The notes: a model not told the origin generated them from the letters alone. DNA of 24,700 nt from an uncultured Candidatus Peribacteria bacterium (GCA_964632925.1 CAZWCH010000002.1:1-24700), one strand, 5' to 3'; counted from the first letter of the stretch, positions 1 to 8,080 are shown. Program-made: numbers and translations.

Positions 1-2
1 CC

Positions 3-1115
3 GATAACCGCGATGTCCAGGACGCGATGCAGGAGAGCGTTCAGCCACTGCAGCAACAATTCTACGACACGATCAATGCCGCCAGACGGCAGGGGGAAGC
101 GGCTCGCTTCCGCAGCGGCCAGCTGAAGGACATGGAACGGGAAATCACGAACATCGAGCACGGGAAGGGGGACGCAACGAGGCTGAAGGAAATCGTGGAA
201 CGGGTGAAAGCGGCGCTCTCCGCTGCGGAGCAGCTCCTCCTGAGCGGCACAACGGACAACCGGGACATCGACGACGCCTTCCGCACCGTGTACGACACCG
301 CACAGGAGTTTTCTGAAATCCAGAATGCAGTAGGGAGAACGAGGGAATTGAAAGATCGCGAGAAAGACATCCAGAACATGGAGAAAGAACTGAAGAGAGC
401 AAAGGGGGCAAACGTCGAAAAACTCCGCCAGGCGCTCGACGAGTACAAAGCAGCCGTGGCAGAACTTAGGAAACTTGTGGATGGCGCTGCAGACCCACAG
501 GAAATCAACGACGCATTCCAGGATTTCTACGAGAGGAACGACCAGCAGAAATTCTGGGATGTCCAGAATGCGGCAAATAGAGGGAAGGAACTGGGAGATC
601 GCGAGAGGGATGCCAAAAACATGGAACGGGAAGTGAAGAGAATGGGAAAACAAAAAGGAACGAATGTGCAGGAACTCCGAGAGATACTCGACGCATACAA
701 GGCAGAACTCGCAGAACTTCGGAATCTCGTGGAGAGCGGCACAGACCCGGACGCCGTCAACGACGCCTTCCAGGACTTCTACGAGAGGAACACCAACGAT
801 CAGTTCTGGGGTATGGTGAATGCCTTCAACATGAAAAATGAACTCCGGCAGTGGACCCGCAAGGGCGGCCACCTCGCAAAGATGCAGAAGATCGTCGATA
901 CACTCCAAAAGAAGGGAAAAGACGTCGGCGCCATGGAATCCGCTCTACAGGAAATCCGCTCCGTCATCGCGAACCTCGAGGACAGCACAGACCGCGAGAC
1001 ACTGGAAGATGGACGCCAGGAACTCGAAGACTTGCGCATGCAGTTCGAGGAAGCCCTCCGACCGTACATGAAGAAGAAAATGCCGGGGTTTCCGTTCCCG
1101 ATGAAAAAGGGATAA
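3..1115 (+). CDS. 5'-truncated alpha-helical repeat protein (about 4.5 imperfect repeats of roughly 84 aa), function unknown
   Basis: The frame is open from position 3 (DNRDVQDAMQES...), so the gene starts upstream of the window. A repeating unit D(N/P)xx(I/V)xDAFxxxY...N...ELxD...MERE...K G...L is visible. Charged, helix-favouring composition. Confidence 0.8.
   Translation, partial: DNRDVQDAMQESVQPLQQQFYDTINAARRQGEAARFRSGQLKDMEREITNIEHGKGDATRLKEIVERVKAALSAAEQLLLSGTTDNRDIDDAFRTVYDTAQEFSEIQNAVGRTRELKDREKDIQNMEKELKRAKGANVEKLRQALDEYKAAVAELRKLVDGAADPQEINDAFQDFYERNDQQKFWDVQNAANRGKELGDRERDAKNMEREVKRMGKQKGTNVQELREILDAYKAELAELRNLVESGTDPDAVNDAFQDFYERNTNDQFWGMVNAFNMKNELRQWTRKGGHLAKMQKIVDTLQKKGKDVGAMESALQEIRSVIANLEDSTDRETLEDGRQELEDLRMQFEEALRPYMKKKMPGFPFPMKKG
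507..791 (+). repeat. 33-bp near-identical direct repeat (507-539 and 759-791) marking an 84-codon internal duplication
   Basis: aacgacgcattccaggatttctacgagaggaac vs aacgacgccttccaggacttctacgagaggaac: 31/33 identical, 252 nt apart. Confidence 0.9.
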
Positions 1116-1138
1116 AGAAAACACCCTCTCTATTCTTT

Positions 1139-1456
1139 CTACCGCATCGCATCGAAGATCTCCTGCATGAGCGCAGCAATCGTCGTAAAGGTGAGATCGA
1201 ATGGGATATCGAGGAGACGGCTGAGCCACGCCACGAGGAAGAACGCGAGAAACGAAATCACGAGGCCGATGATCGCATAGCGAATGGTATGCACGGCCTT
1301 CTTGATCTTTTCGTCGTCTCCCGCGGAGAGAATGAACGTGATCCCTCCGACAATGATGAACACCAGAGAACTGATGGACGCGATGATGATGCCCAGGGCA
1401 ATCACCGTCGCGATGATATCGAGAATGCTGCCGCCTTCCAGAAGATCACGAATCAT
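1139..1456 (-). CDS. TrbC/VirB2-like pilin (CPR-type), small membrane protein
   Basis: 105 aa with two hydrophobic segments flanking GGITFILSAGDDEKIKKAVHTIRYAIIGL, the pattern typical of CPR T4SS-type pilins. Confidence 0.75.
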   Translation of the reverse strand: MIRDLLEGGSILDIIATVIALGIIIASISSLVFIIVGGITFILSAGDDEKIKKAVHTIRYAIIGLVISFLAFFLVAWLSRLLDIPFDLTFTTIAALMQEIFDAMR

Positions 1457-1478
1457 AAGAATGAAGGGGAAAAAATGC

Positions 1479-1745
1479 CTATTCCGGCTCGAGGACTTTC
1501 ATGTTAACACGCTGATGCGCGTTGCCGCCAATCACGCGAATGAGCGTCCGGAGGGCTCGCACGGTCTGCCCTCCCTTGCCAATGAGCTTCCCCATGTCCC
1601 GCGCGCTTACCCGCACCGTGAGGAGCACGCCCAAATCGTCCGTGCTCGCTTCCACGCGGAGAACGTCGTGATCCTCCACAATCGCCCCCAGAACATACTG
1701 GAGGAACGCGCGTCCCGGCGGATCGGCCATCACAGGATCAGTCAT
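1479..1745 (-). CDS. khpA: KH-domain RNA-binding protein KhpA (YlqC/UPF0109)
   Basis: 88 aa with DMGKLIGKGGQTVRALRTL (KH GxxG loop), directly downstream of rpsP as in the conserved rpsP-khpA operon. Confidence 0.9.
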   Translation of the reverse strand: MTDPVMADPPGRAFLQYVLGAIVEDHDVLRVEASTDDLGVLLTVRVSARDMGKLIGKGGQTVRALRTLIRVIGGNAHQRVNMKVLEPE

Positions 1746-1760
1746 ACGACGCAGAGCATC

Positions 1761-2084
1761 CTAACCGTTTCCCGCCGCGTTGTCACCACCCGTCGGCGCA
1801 GTCTTTGGTTTTTTCTTTGCATACCGCCGAATGAAGCCCTCCATGCCAGCAATGCCATTCTTCCGAAGTGCGCGCGCCAGCGTATCACTGGGAATCGCCC
1901 CGTGCCCCATCCAGTAACGAATGCGTTCCTCTTTTACCTGGAACACGGGCGGATCCCGATCAAGGAGATAATGCCCAAGGATTTCCTGACAGCGCCCCTT
2001 TGCCGCACAGGTTTTCTCCGCAAGGACAACGCGATACGTGGGGACACGGGACCGCCCCGTGCGCTGAAGACGAAGGACAAGCAT
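1761..2084 (-). CDS. rpsP: 30S ribosomal protein S16
   Basis: MLVLRLQRTGRSRVPTYRVVLAE...EILGHY...ERIRYWMGHGAIPSDT. True ATG at 2084 (107 aa); the ORF-track extension to 2894 is antisense to the next gene. Confidence 0.95.
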   Translation of the reverse strand: MLVLRLQRTGRSRVPTYRVVLAEKTCAAKGRCQEILGHYLLDRDPPVFQVKEERIRYWMGHGAIPSDTLARALRKNGIAGMEGFIRRYAKKKPKTAPTGGDNAAGNG

Positions 2085-2095
2085 AGAACGGGAGC

Positions 2096-2124
2096 AGTCT
2101 AGGAGAAGCTCTAGGAGAGCGCAA
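2096..2124 (-). promoter_or_regulatory. Putative sigma70-type promoter of rpsP-khpA-pilin
   Basis: Minus strand TTGCGC (2124-2119), 17-nt spacer, TAGACT (2101-2096). ATG lies 12 nt downstream of the -10. Confidence 0.55.
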
Positions 2125-2177
2125 GTCTCCCCAATTGTCCATTGCAATGCGGTACCTGTCTCCGGAAAAATTGCATC

Positions 2178-3620
2178 ATGAAATTCACCCCCATCATCAC
2201 AGGAATATGCCTCGGCACGGCGGGAACGGCATTGGCTGGTTCCGTCCTCGGTTCGACCATCTTCCGCGATATCCCGGCGGGATCCCCGTACGACCGGGCC
2301 GTCGGAAACATGGTCCATGCCGGCGTCATGGAAGGATTCGGCGATGAAACGTTCCATCCCGACGAATACGTCACCAGAGGACAGCTCGCACTCGCCCTGG
2401 ATCAACTCCTTCGCTCCATCGGAAAAAGCACGCCGCAACAACGTGCCAAAGAGACAGCGACGGGGAGAAAGGACCGGCGACGGTCCGCCGGCGCCTCTTC
2501 CCAAAGCGCAATGGTAAAACAGGATGTCAAAGAGGGGGCGGGAACCTTCCGCTTCGCCACGGCGGGATTTTCCATCATCGAAAAGGCCAGGAGCATCATG
2601 GTCAGCGTCCAACGCGTGAACGGGAATACGGGAACGGCGTCTCTGCATTACGCCACGGAGGACGAGACGACAACGCACGGTACGGATTACGTCAATACAG
2701 CGGGAACCATCGTGTTCGGCAATGGAGAAACGACGAAGACGATCACGATCCCACTCAAGGATGACAGCGCCGGCGAGGGAGCGGAACGGCTGCGGATCAT
2801 GTTGAGCAACCCCACAGAAGCGAGCATCGGATCCCCATCCACAATGATCGTCACCATCCTCGATGACGAATCTGCCAATGGCAATGTCACACAATCCGCT
2901 TCGTCCTCCGCTGTATCAAGTACGTCACTGCCAGGCGGCGGCACGAGCATATCCTTTGGCGCGCAGCAGTATTCCATCGGCGAAAACGGCGGGACGGCCA
3001 CGATTACCATCGTACGGAACGGCGGAACCGGGCAGAGCACCGTCGAGTATGAAACGGCGAACGGATCGGCCATTGCCGGCGTCGAGTACGCGGCCACCAA
3101 GGGTTCCCTTGCATTCGCAGCGGGTGAAACGCAAAAAACATTCGCCATCCAAATCACCGATAACACGGCAATTGAAGGAATGAAAACAGTCAATCTCTCC
3201 CTGAAAAATCCCGCGGGAGCCAATATCGGCGCCACCGCCACGGCGCAGCTCGCCATCATGGATGACGAGATAGAACCCTACGGCATCGGGGCATTGAAAT
3301 TCCAGAAAAAGACAGAGCGCGTCAACGAAGACAGCGGCGAGGTATCTCTGGCGGTTCTCCGCATCGGAGGAAGTAAAGGAACCGTAACGGTCGATTATGC
3401 GACGAAGAGCGGACTTGCCCTGAGCGGTTCCGATTACGCCGAGACCAACGGAACGCTTACCTTCCTCGAGGGAGAAGCGGGGAAAAGCATCCGCATCCCC
3501 ATCACGCGCGATGCCAATATCCTGGAAGAGGACGAATCATTCTCCGTCCATCTCACCAACGCGACGGGGGGAGCGAGCATTCTCGAGTCCGGCGCCGTCA
3601 CCGTGACGATCGCGCCGTAA
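2178..3620 (+). CDS. Secreted S-layer-homology (SLH) plus 3x Calx-beta domain surface protein
   Basis: Signal peptide MKFTPIITGICLGTAGTALA; SLH-like FRDIPAG...GVMEGFGDETFHPDEYVTRGQ; three Calx-beta units (VxRxxG..G...V.Y.T..G.A..G.DY....G.L.F..GE..K.I.I.I.DD) with a Ser-rich linker between the first and second. Start re-assigned from 2142 to 2178. Confidence 0.85.
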   Translation: MKFTPIITGICLGTAGTALAGSVLGSTIFRDIPAGSPYDRAVGNMVHAGVMEGFGDETFHPDEYVTRGQLALALDQLLRSIGKSTPQQRAKETATGRKDRRRSAGASSQSAMVKQDVKEGAGTFRFATAGFSIIEKARSIMVSVQRVNGNTGTASLHYATEDETTTHGTDYVNTAGTIVFGNGETTKTITIPLKDDSAGEGAERLRIMLSNPTEASIGSPSTMIVTILDDESANGNVTQSASSSAVSSTSLPGGGTSISFGAQQYSIGENGGTATITIVRNGGTGQSTVEYETANGSAIAGVEYAATKGSLAFAAGETQKTFAIQITDNTAIEGMKTVNLSLKNPAGANIGATATAQLAIMDDEIEPYGIGALKFQKKTERVNEDSGEVSLAVLRIGGSKGTVTVDYATKSGLALSGSDYAETNGTLTFLEGEAGKSIRIPITRDANILEEDESFSVHLTNATGGASILESGAVTVTIAP

Positions 3621-4653
3621 GAAGACACTGGACGGTTTCCTCTGCCACCACACCCCATTGTCGTTGCCATCCTGCGCCGGAGGGGGGAGGGGAGCGCATC
3701 GCACACGCCAATGCCTCTTCCGTCGTTTCCACGAGAACCCCGCCCTTCCCGACCACCTCCGGCATCACCCCTCTATCCAGGGCAATGACCGGACAGCCGC
3801 ACGCTCGCGCCTCCGCGATGGGAAGGCAAAATCCCTCATAAACGGATGCGGTCACAAACACTTCGGCCGCGGAGTACAAGGCGGGAAGATCATCGTCAGG
3901 CACAGAGGAGAGGCGCAACACCCCCTCTCCGGTCTCCGGAGAACAGGCTTCCCGGCCGGCTATCACGAGAACAAGAGTTCTATCCGGCGAGCGGAGCCTC
4001 CGGAACGCCGCAATGAGCATGGGGAGATTCTTGTGTTCTTTTGCATTGCCAACATAGAGGAAAAATGGCTTATGAACGCAATATTTCCGCAGTACGTCCT
4101 CCTGTTCCGTCGCGGAACGGCGGAAGAAGCGAACATCCACTCCTTCGGGAATCACGGTCGTCTTCCGCGCCGCGCGCATCCCGTATGTTTTTCCTATTTC
4201 ACACAGAACAAACTGGCTCACGGCAATGAGAGCATGCGCACGCGTGATCGTATGACGCATCACCGCGCGATACGCAATGCGCTTCCCGAATGGAGCTCCC
4301 CGGGAATGCCGATGGAGGATGAGATCGTGGATTGTAGCAACGAATGGCACGGGACAGACAAGAGGAACATTGAAGTGAAGGGAGAACAGGAGATTGATGC
4401 CGGAACGCCGTATGACAAGAGGAAAGAGCGTCTGCTCGGAAACGGAATAGTGAGCATAGGTGGTAGGTTGGAGGTGGTAGGTTGTAGGAGCGCCTCTCAA
4501 GCCACGTATCCACTCTTCATCCGCGGACTGCACAAAAAGAACGTACTGGATGGGATCGTTCCTCCGTAAAATATGCGTCACAAGCGCCCTCGTATAGCTC
4601 CCAAGCCCGGAAACCGTCCCGCCGAAGCGGCAATCAATACCGACGTGCAGCAT
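3598..4653 (-). CDS. Glycosyltransferase family 4 (GT-B fold)
   Basis: N-terminal HVGIDCR..SGLGSYT, ATIHDL, LYVG..KEHKN, and the C-terminal E-x7-E motif YEGFCLPIAEARACGCPV. Confidence 0.9.
   Translation of the reverse strand: MLHVGIDCRFGGTVSGLGSYTRALVTHILRRNDPIQYVLFVQSADEEWIRGLRGAPTTYHLQPTTYAHYSVSEQTLFPLVIRRSGINLLFSLHFNVPLVCPVPFVATIHDLILHRHSRGAPFGKRIAYRAVMRHTITRAHALIAVSQFVLCEIGKTYGMRAARKTTVIPEGVDVRFFRRSATEQEDVLRKYCVHKPFFLYVGNAKEHKNLPMLIAAFRRLRSPDRTLVLVIAGREACSPETGEGVLRLSSVPDDDLPALYSAAEVFVTASVYEGFCLPIAEARACGCPVIALDRGVMPEVVGKGGVLVETTEEALACAMRSPPPSGAGWQRQWGVVAEETVQCLLTARSSR
4457..4488 (-). repeat. 7-nt-period degenerate tandem repeat inside GT4 CDS
   Basis: Minus strand CCTACAA CCTACCA CCTCCAA CCTACCA CCTA, encoding PTTYHLQPTTY. 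Confidence 0.8.
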
Positions 4654-4670
4654 GCGGCTATGATAGCGCC
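4654..4670. promoter_or_regulatory. Symmetric bidirectional -10 promoter between divergent GT4 and prmC
   Basis: GCTAT-G-ATAGC (4657-4667) reads TATGAT on + (4659-4664) and TATCAT on - (4665-4660). Each hexamer ends 7 nt before its ATG (4671 and 4653). Confidence 0.7.
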
Positions 4671-5558
4671 ATGCGCATCAAAGACGCAGTGGCATCTGAA
4701 CATGTTCCGCATGGAGATGCGGAAATTCTCCTCGCATACATTTGCGGAAAACATCGTACTTGGATCCTCGCACATGGGGAATATATGCTCACGAATCAAG
4801 AGGAACACCAATGGAATACCTTCCGCAAGCGTCGAGAGCAGGATGAACCCATTGCCTACATCACAGGGGAGAAAGAATTTTTTGGTCGGTCATTCCACGT
4901 CGATCGTTCCGTCCTCATCCCGCGGCCATCCACGGAGGGGCTTGTCGAAATGGTACTCGCCATACTACAACAACAGAAAGACGAAACATGTGCGCAGTGT
5001 GTCACCCTTCCGCTCACCATGACACATCGGCTTTCTTCCACAGTGCCACTGGACTCCGGTATTATCGGAATTTCCGAAATATGGGGATCTCTCAATGGCA
5101 TTCAAACAATCGTCGATATAGGCACGGGAAGTGGCTGCATTGCGATCACGATCGCTTGTGAGTTTCCGGAGATCAACGTCATTGCAACGGATATCAGCGC
5201 AGCGGCCTTGGACGTCGCGAAAATGAATGCCAAAAGGCACAACGTCGCCGATCGCATCCAATTTCTGCATGGCAATCTCCTGGAACCCCTGTATCACCAC
5301 GAGCATAGTCGAATGGCCAAAAATCCCTTCCTGATCATTGCCAATCCTCCCTATATCCCGGAGGGGGAAAAACTCCCGATCGACGTTACGGAGTACGAAC
5401 CAAACATTGCCCTCCGTGCCGGACCCGACGGTCTCGCCGTCCTCCGCCCCCTCCTCGCCACAGCACGCTTGCACCATGCCTGCAGGGGTTTCGTCGTGGA
5501 ATGTCGAGCGGATCAAATTGACGAAAGTATGGGAAAGACAGACAACGCTCGGTTATGA
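4671..5558 (+). CDS. prmC: Release factor glutamine methyltransferase PrmC/HemK, with an internal insertion
   Basis: EPIAYITGEKEFFG, VLIPRPSTE, SAM-binding IVDIGTGSGCIAI, catalytic NPPY. Confidence 0.92.
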   Translation: MRIKDAVASEHVPHGDAEILLAYICGKHRTWILAHGEYMLTNQEEHQWNTFRKRREQDEPIAYITGEKEFFGRSFHVDRSVLIPRPSTEGLVEMVLAILQQQKDETCAQCVTLPLTMTHRLSSTVPLDSGIIGISEIWGSLNGIQTIVDIGTGSGCIAITIACEFPEINVIATDISAAALDVAKMNAKRHNVADRIQFLHGNLLEPLYHHEHSRMAKNPFLIIANPPYIPEGEKLPIDVTEYEPNIALRAGPDGLAVLRPLLATARLHHACRGFVVECRADQIDESMGKTDNARL

Positions 5559-6133
5559 GACACGGATGTACCGTCGCCATCCTCCGGCCAAAGGACACGG
5601 GATTCCTCGCCTGCAACCAAAACCCGGAAACGTACAACGCCGCCATCGACGCCTGGTTGGATTATTTCAGGGAACAACTGGAGACCGTCGCCAAGAATCA
5701 CCGAGTCCCGCTCCACCTCTTGAACCACCAGCTCACTGCACTGTTGCCCGATCACCGGGAGTCGCGGTGGATCGGGGAATCCGACGTGCTCGCCGTGGTG
5801 AATCCGGAAGACGAACTCATCGAAGAAGTGGAACGGTGGATGCGCAAAAACCCAATTCTGCGCACTATCATGGGATTTTCCTCCATCACGGATCGCGATG
5901 CGCTCATGGATTTCTTTCGAAAATTCCAATTACCGCTCATCGCCCGCTCTGGAACGATCTCCAGAATCTTCACTGTGCAGGTGCAGGAGGAAGAGCGCAC
6001 CCGCGCCGTCGTCACCCGGGCCCTCCTGTACCCTCTTCTTCCAACCGCCCTCCCCACTGCAGCTTCGCGCGGAGAGTGGAAAAAAACGTATCCTCCCGAC
6101 GACGGAGAAACCGCACGGTTTCCCCCCGCATAG
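5555..6133 (+). CDS. Hypothetical protein (192 aa), ATGA-coupled to prmC
   Basis: The ATG overlaps the prmC stop (ATGA at 5555-5558) and the first ~150 aa look like a natural helical protein. The last 122 nt overlap nadK antisense. Confidence 0.55.
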   Translation: MRHGCTVAILRPKDTGFLACNQNPETYNAAIDAWLDYFREQLETVAKNHRVPLHLLNHQLTALLPDHRESRWIGESDVLAVVNPEDELIEEVERWMRKNPILRTIMGFSSITDRDALMDFFRKFQLPLIARSGTISRIFTVQVQEEERTRAVVTRALLYPLLPTALPTAASRGEWKKTYPPDDGETARFPPA

Positions 6134-6917
6134 ACACGCGAACGGCGTCCGCGCGACACAAGGAAACGTATGTCTGGCCATCGAGCGTGAGGCTGACTTG
6201 ATGATCCATGAACTTGTTCTCCTGCATCAGCACCTGCACCTCGATTCGGCTCGCGCCTGGAACAACGATGGGCTTTTGGCTAAAGCTGTGCGGGTTGAGC
6301 GGCGTGAGGATCGTCGCATGCAAGCGGGGGTGAACAATGGGACCGCCGGCGGCAAGGGAATACGCGGTGGAGCCCGTCGGCGTAGCAATGATCAGGCCAT
6401 CGGCATGAAACGTCGCGAGCGGCTCGTCGTTGATGGACGTCCGCAGATCCATCAGACGCGCAATGGCCCCTTGCGCGATCACTGCTTCGTTCAGCACATA
6501 TCCCTGAAAAGGAGAGGCGGCATCGCGCACAACCTCCACGTGGAGGAGGGAGCGCTCTTCCAAGACGCCTTCGCCATGAAGGAGCTTGCGTACGAGCGTG
6601 TCCGCTTCTTCCAGACGCGTTTCCGCCAGAAAGCCAATCACGCCGCGGTTGACGCTGAGAATGGGGATGCGGAAATCGCGGAGTTCCCGCACGGAACGAA
6701 GAATAGTGCCATCACCGCCAATGACAACGAGAAGATCCAGCGGGGCGCCGTTGAGCGGCGCGCAGCCGCGGATGCACGAAAGACCACGCATGCGTTCCGT
6801 GTCGATGAAGACTTCCGCGCCTTCCTCTCGGAGAACCTGCACGACACGATCAACGGCCTCATCCTTTGCGCCGAGAGTGGATTTCACCGTGACGCCAATA
6901 CGAGGGTAGACGAGCAT
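6012..6917 (-). CDS. nadK: NAD(+) kinase
   Basis: GGDGT motif, VLNEAVI (NE motif), DGLIIATPTGSTAYSLAAGGP, LTLDGQ, C-terminal FFSTLRAKLQWG. Confidence 0.95.
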   Translation of the reverse strand: MLVYPRIGVTVKSTLGAKDEAVDRVVQVLREEGAEVFIDTERMRGLSCIRGCAPLNGAPLDLLVVIGGDGTILRSVRELRDFRIPILSVNRGVIGFLAETRLEEADTLVRKLLHGEGVLEERSLLHVEVVRDAASPFQGYVLNEAVIAQGAIARLMDLRTSINDEPLATFHADGLIIATPTGSTAYSLAAGGPIVHPRLHATILTPLNPHSFSQKPIVVPGASRIEVQVLMQENKFMDHQVSLTLDGQTYVSLCRADAVRVSMRGETVRFLRRREDTFFSTLRAKLQWGGRLEEEGTGGPG

Positions 6918-6923
6918 ACGAGG

Positions 6924-6929
6924 AGTATA
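6924..6929 (-). promoter_or_regulatory. -10 element (TATACT) of predicted leaderless nadK
   Basis: Minus strand ...tttcTATACTcctcgtATG; the hexamer ends 7 nt before ATG 6917. Confidence 0.6.
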
Positions 6930-6944
6930 GAAACGAACATACGA

Positions 6945-7991
6945 CTAGCAACGTACCCCAGCGAGAAAGCGATCCACCGCTATAGACCATGTAAACTGCC
7001 GCGCCCGACGGAATCCGCGCTCGCGGAGCTCTGCCCTGAACGCATCATCCGTACAAATCCGCGCCAGCCCGTCGCGGATGGAAAGAGGATCTTCCGGATC
7101 CACGAAAAGCGCCGCGTCACCGGCAACCTCACGAAGGGCACCCCGCGCGCTCGTAAGAACCGGAATACCGACGTGGAACGCATCGATGACCGGCATGCCA
7201 AGCCCCTCATAGAGGGACGGGAGGACGAGAGTATGGCACGACTGCAATGCCGCCACGCGCGCGTCGGCGGATGCGTACCCCTCCCACACCACACCTTTCG
7301 TTCGTGCAATAGCAGCGAGAATGTCACGATCCTTCCACCCGCGTCCGCCCATGAAACAGAGACGGAAGCGCTCCCGTAAACCGGCGGGCAGCATGGCATA
7401 CGCCTCGATGAGGCGCCGTTGGTTCTTACGCGGACACAGGGTTCCTATGCAGAGAATGGTTCTTCCATCCGGCTGCCACCGCAAAGGGAGCGCGTGCGAC
7501 GGACCGCCGGACAGCGGCACGAGAATGGGGGACTGGAGAAAAGGATAGCGCGAACGGAGATCGTAAGCGGTTGTTTCGCTAACCGTACACACGCGCCAGG
7601 CGCACCGCACCACACGGCGGAGAGTCCTCTGCTCGATCATACGCGCCTTCCATTGATGCGGCTCGCGACGAAAGGCGATGAGATCGTGAATGATCGGAAC
7701 GGAGCGCACCGATTTCCCCAGGAAAAAAGGCACAAGGAAGCTCGTTGGAGCAATGTACAACGTATCCGGCGACATGCGTCGCACCATGTGTTGCGCGTGT
7801 AGGTGCCATCGCCATCCCGAAGCTGGCAGGCGATGCAGAGAGCCACATTCCCGGCTATCCGCCGCGCTATCCGCCAGAAGCGTCGCCGAAACATCGCGAC
7901 GGGAAAGTTCCTTCAAAAAACCGGACAACCACTCTCCTTTTCCCGTCCGTCGCTCCCGCGCAGCCTCCCGCGCATCGATCACAAAATGCAT
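6945..7991 (-). CDS. Glycosyltransferase family 4 (GT-B fold)
   Basis: MHFVIDARE start (re-assigned from 8018), PIIHDL, CIGTLCPRKN, LPSLYEGLGMPVIDAFHVGIPV. A minus-strand TACCAT (8005-8000) ends 9 nt before the ATG. Confidence 0.88.
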   Translation of the reverse strand: MHFVIDAREAARERRTGKGEWLSGFLKELSRRDVSATLLADSAADSRECGSLHRLPASGWRWHLHAQHMVRRMSPDTLYIAPTSFLVPFFLGKSVRSVPIIHDLIAFRREPHQWKARMIEQRTLRRVVRCAWRVCTVSETTAYDLRSRYPFLQSPILVPLSGGPSHALPLRWQPDGRTILCIGTLCPRKNQRRLIEAYAMLPAGLRERFRLCFMGGRGWKDRDILAAIARTKGVVWEGYASADARVAALQSCHTLVLPSLYEGLGMPVIDAFHVGIPVLTSARGALREVAGDAALFVDPEDPLSIRDGLARICTDDAFRAELRERGFRRARQFTWSIAVDRFLAGVRC

Positions 7992-8080
7992 AGGAAACCA
8001 TGGTACCGGAGAAATCATCCTCAGACCCCCTCTCCCGCTTGACTATGAACGCGAGGCCGGCAGCTATCGGGGAAATCCTG

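Noticed and set aside
2085-2894. 270-aa N-terminal extension of rpsP in the ORF track (1761..2894)
   Set aside because: It is the antisense shadow of the SLH-Calx gene. S16 homology starts at ATG 2084, which has its own promoter.
7180-7215. Second GT4 has E-x7-D instead of E-x7-E
   Set aside because: A conservative change of a kind seen among GT4 enzymes; not enough to infer altered function.
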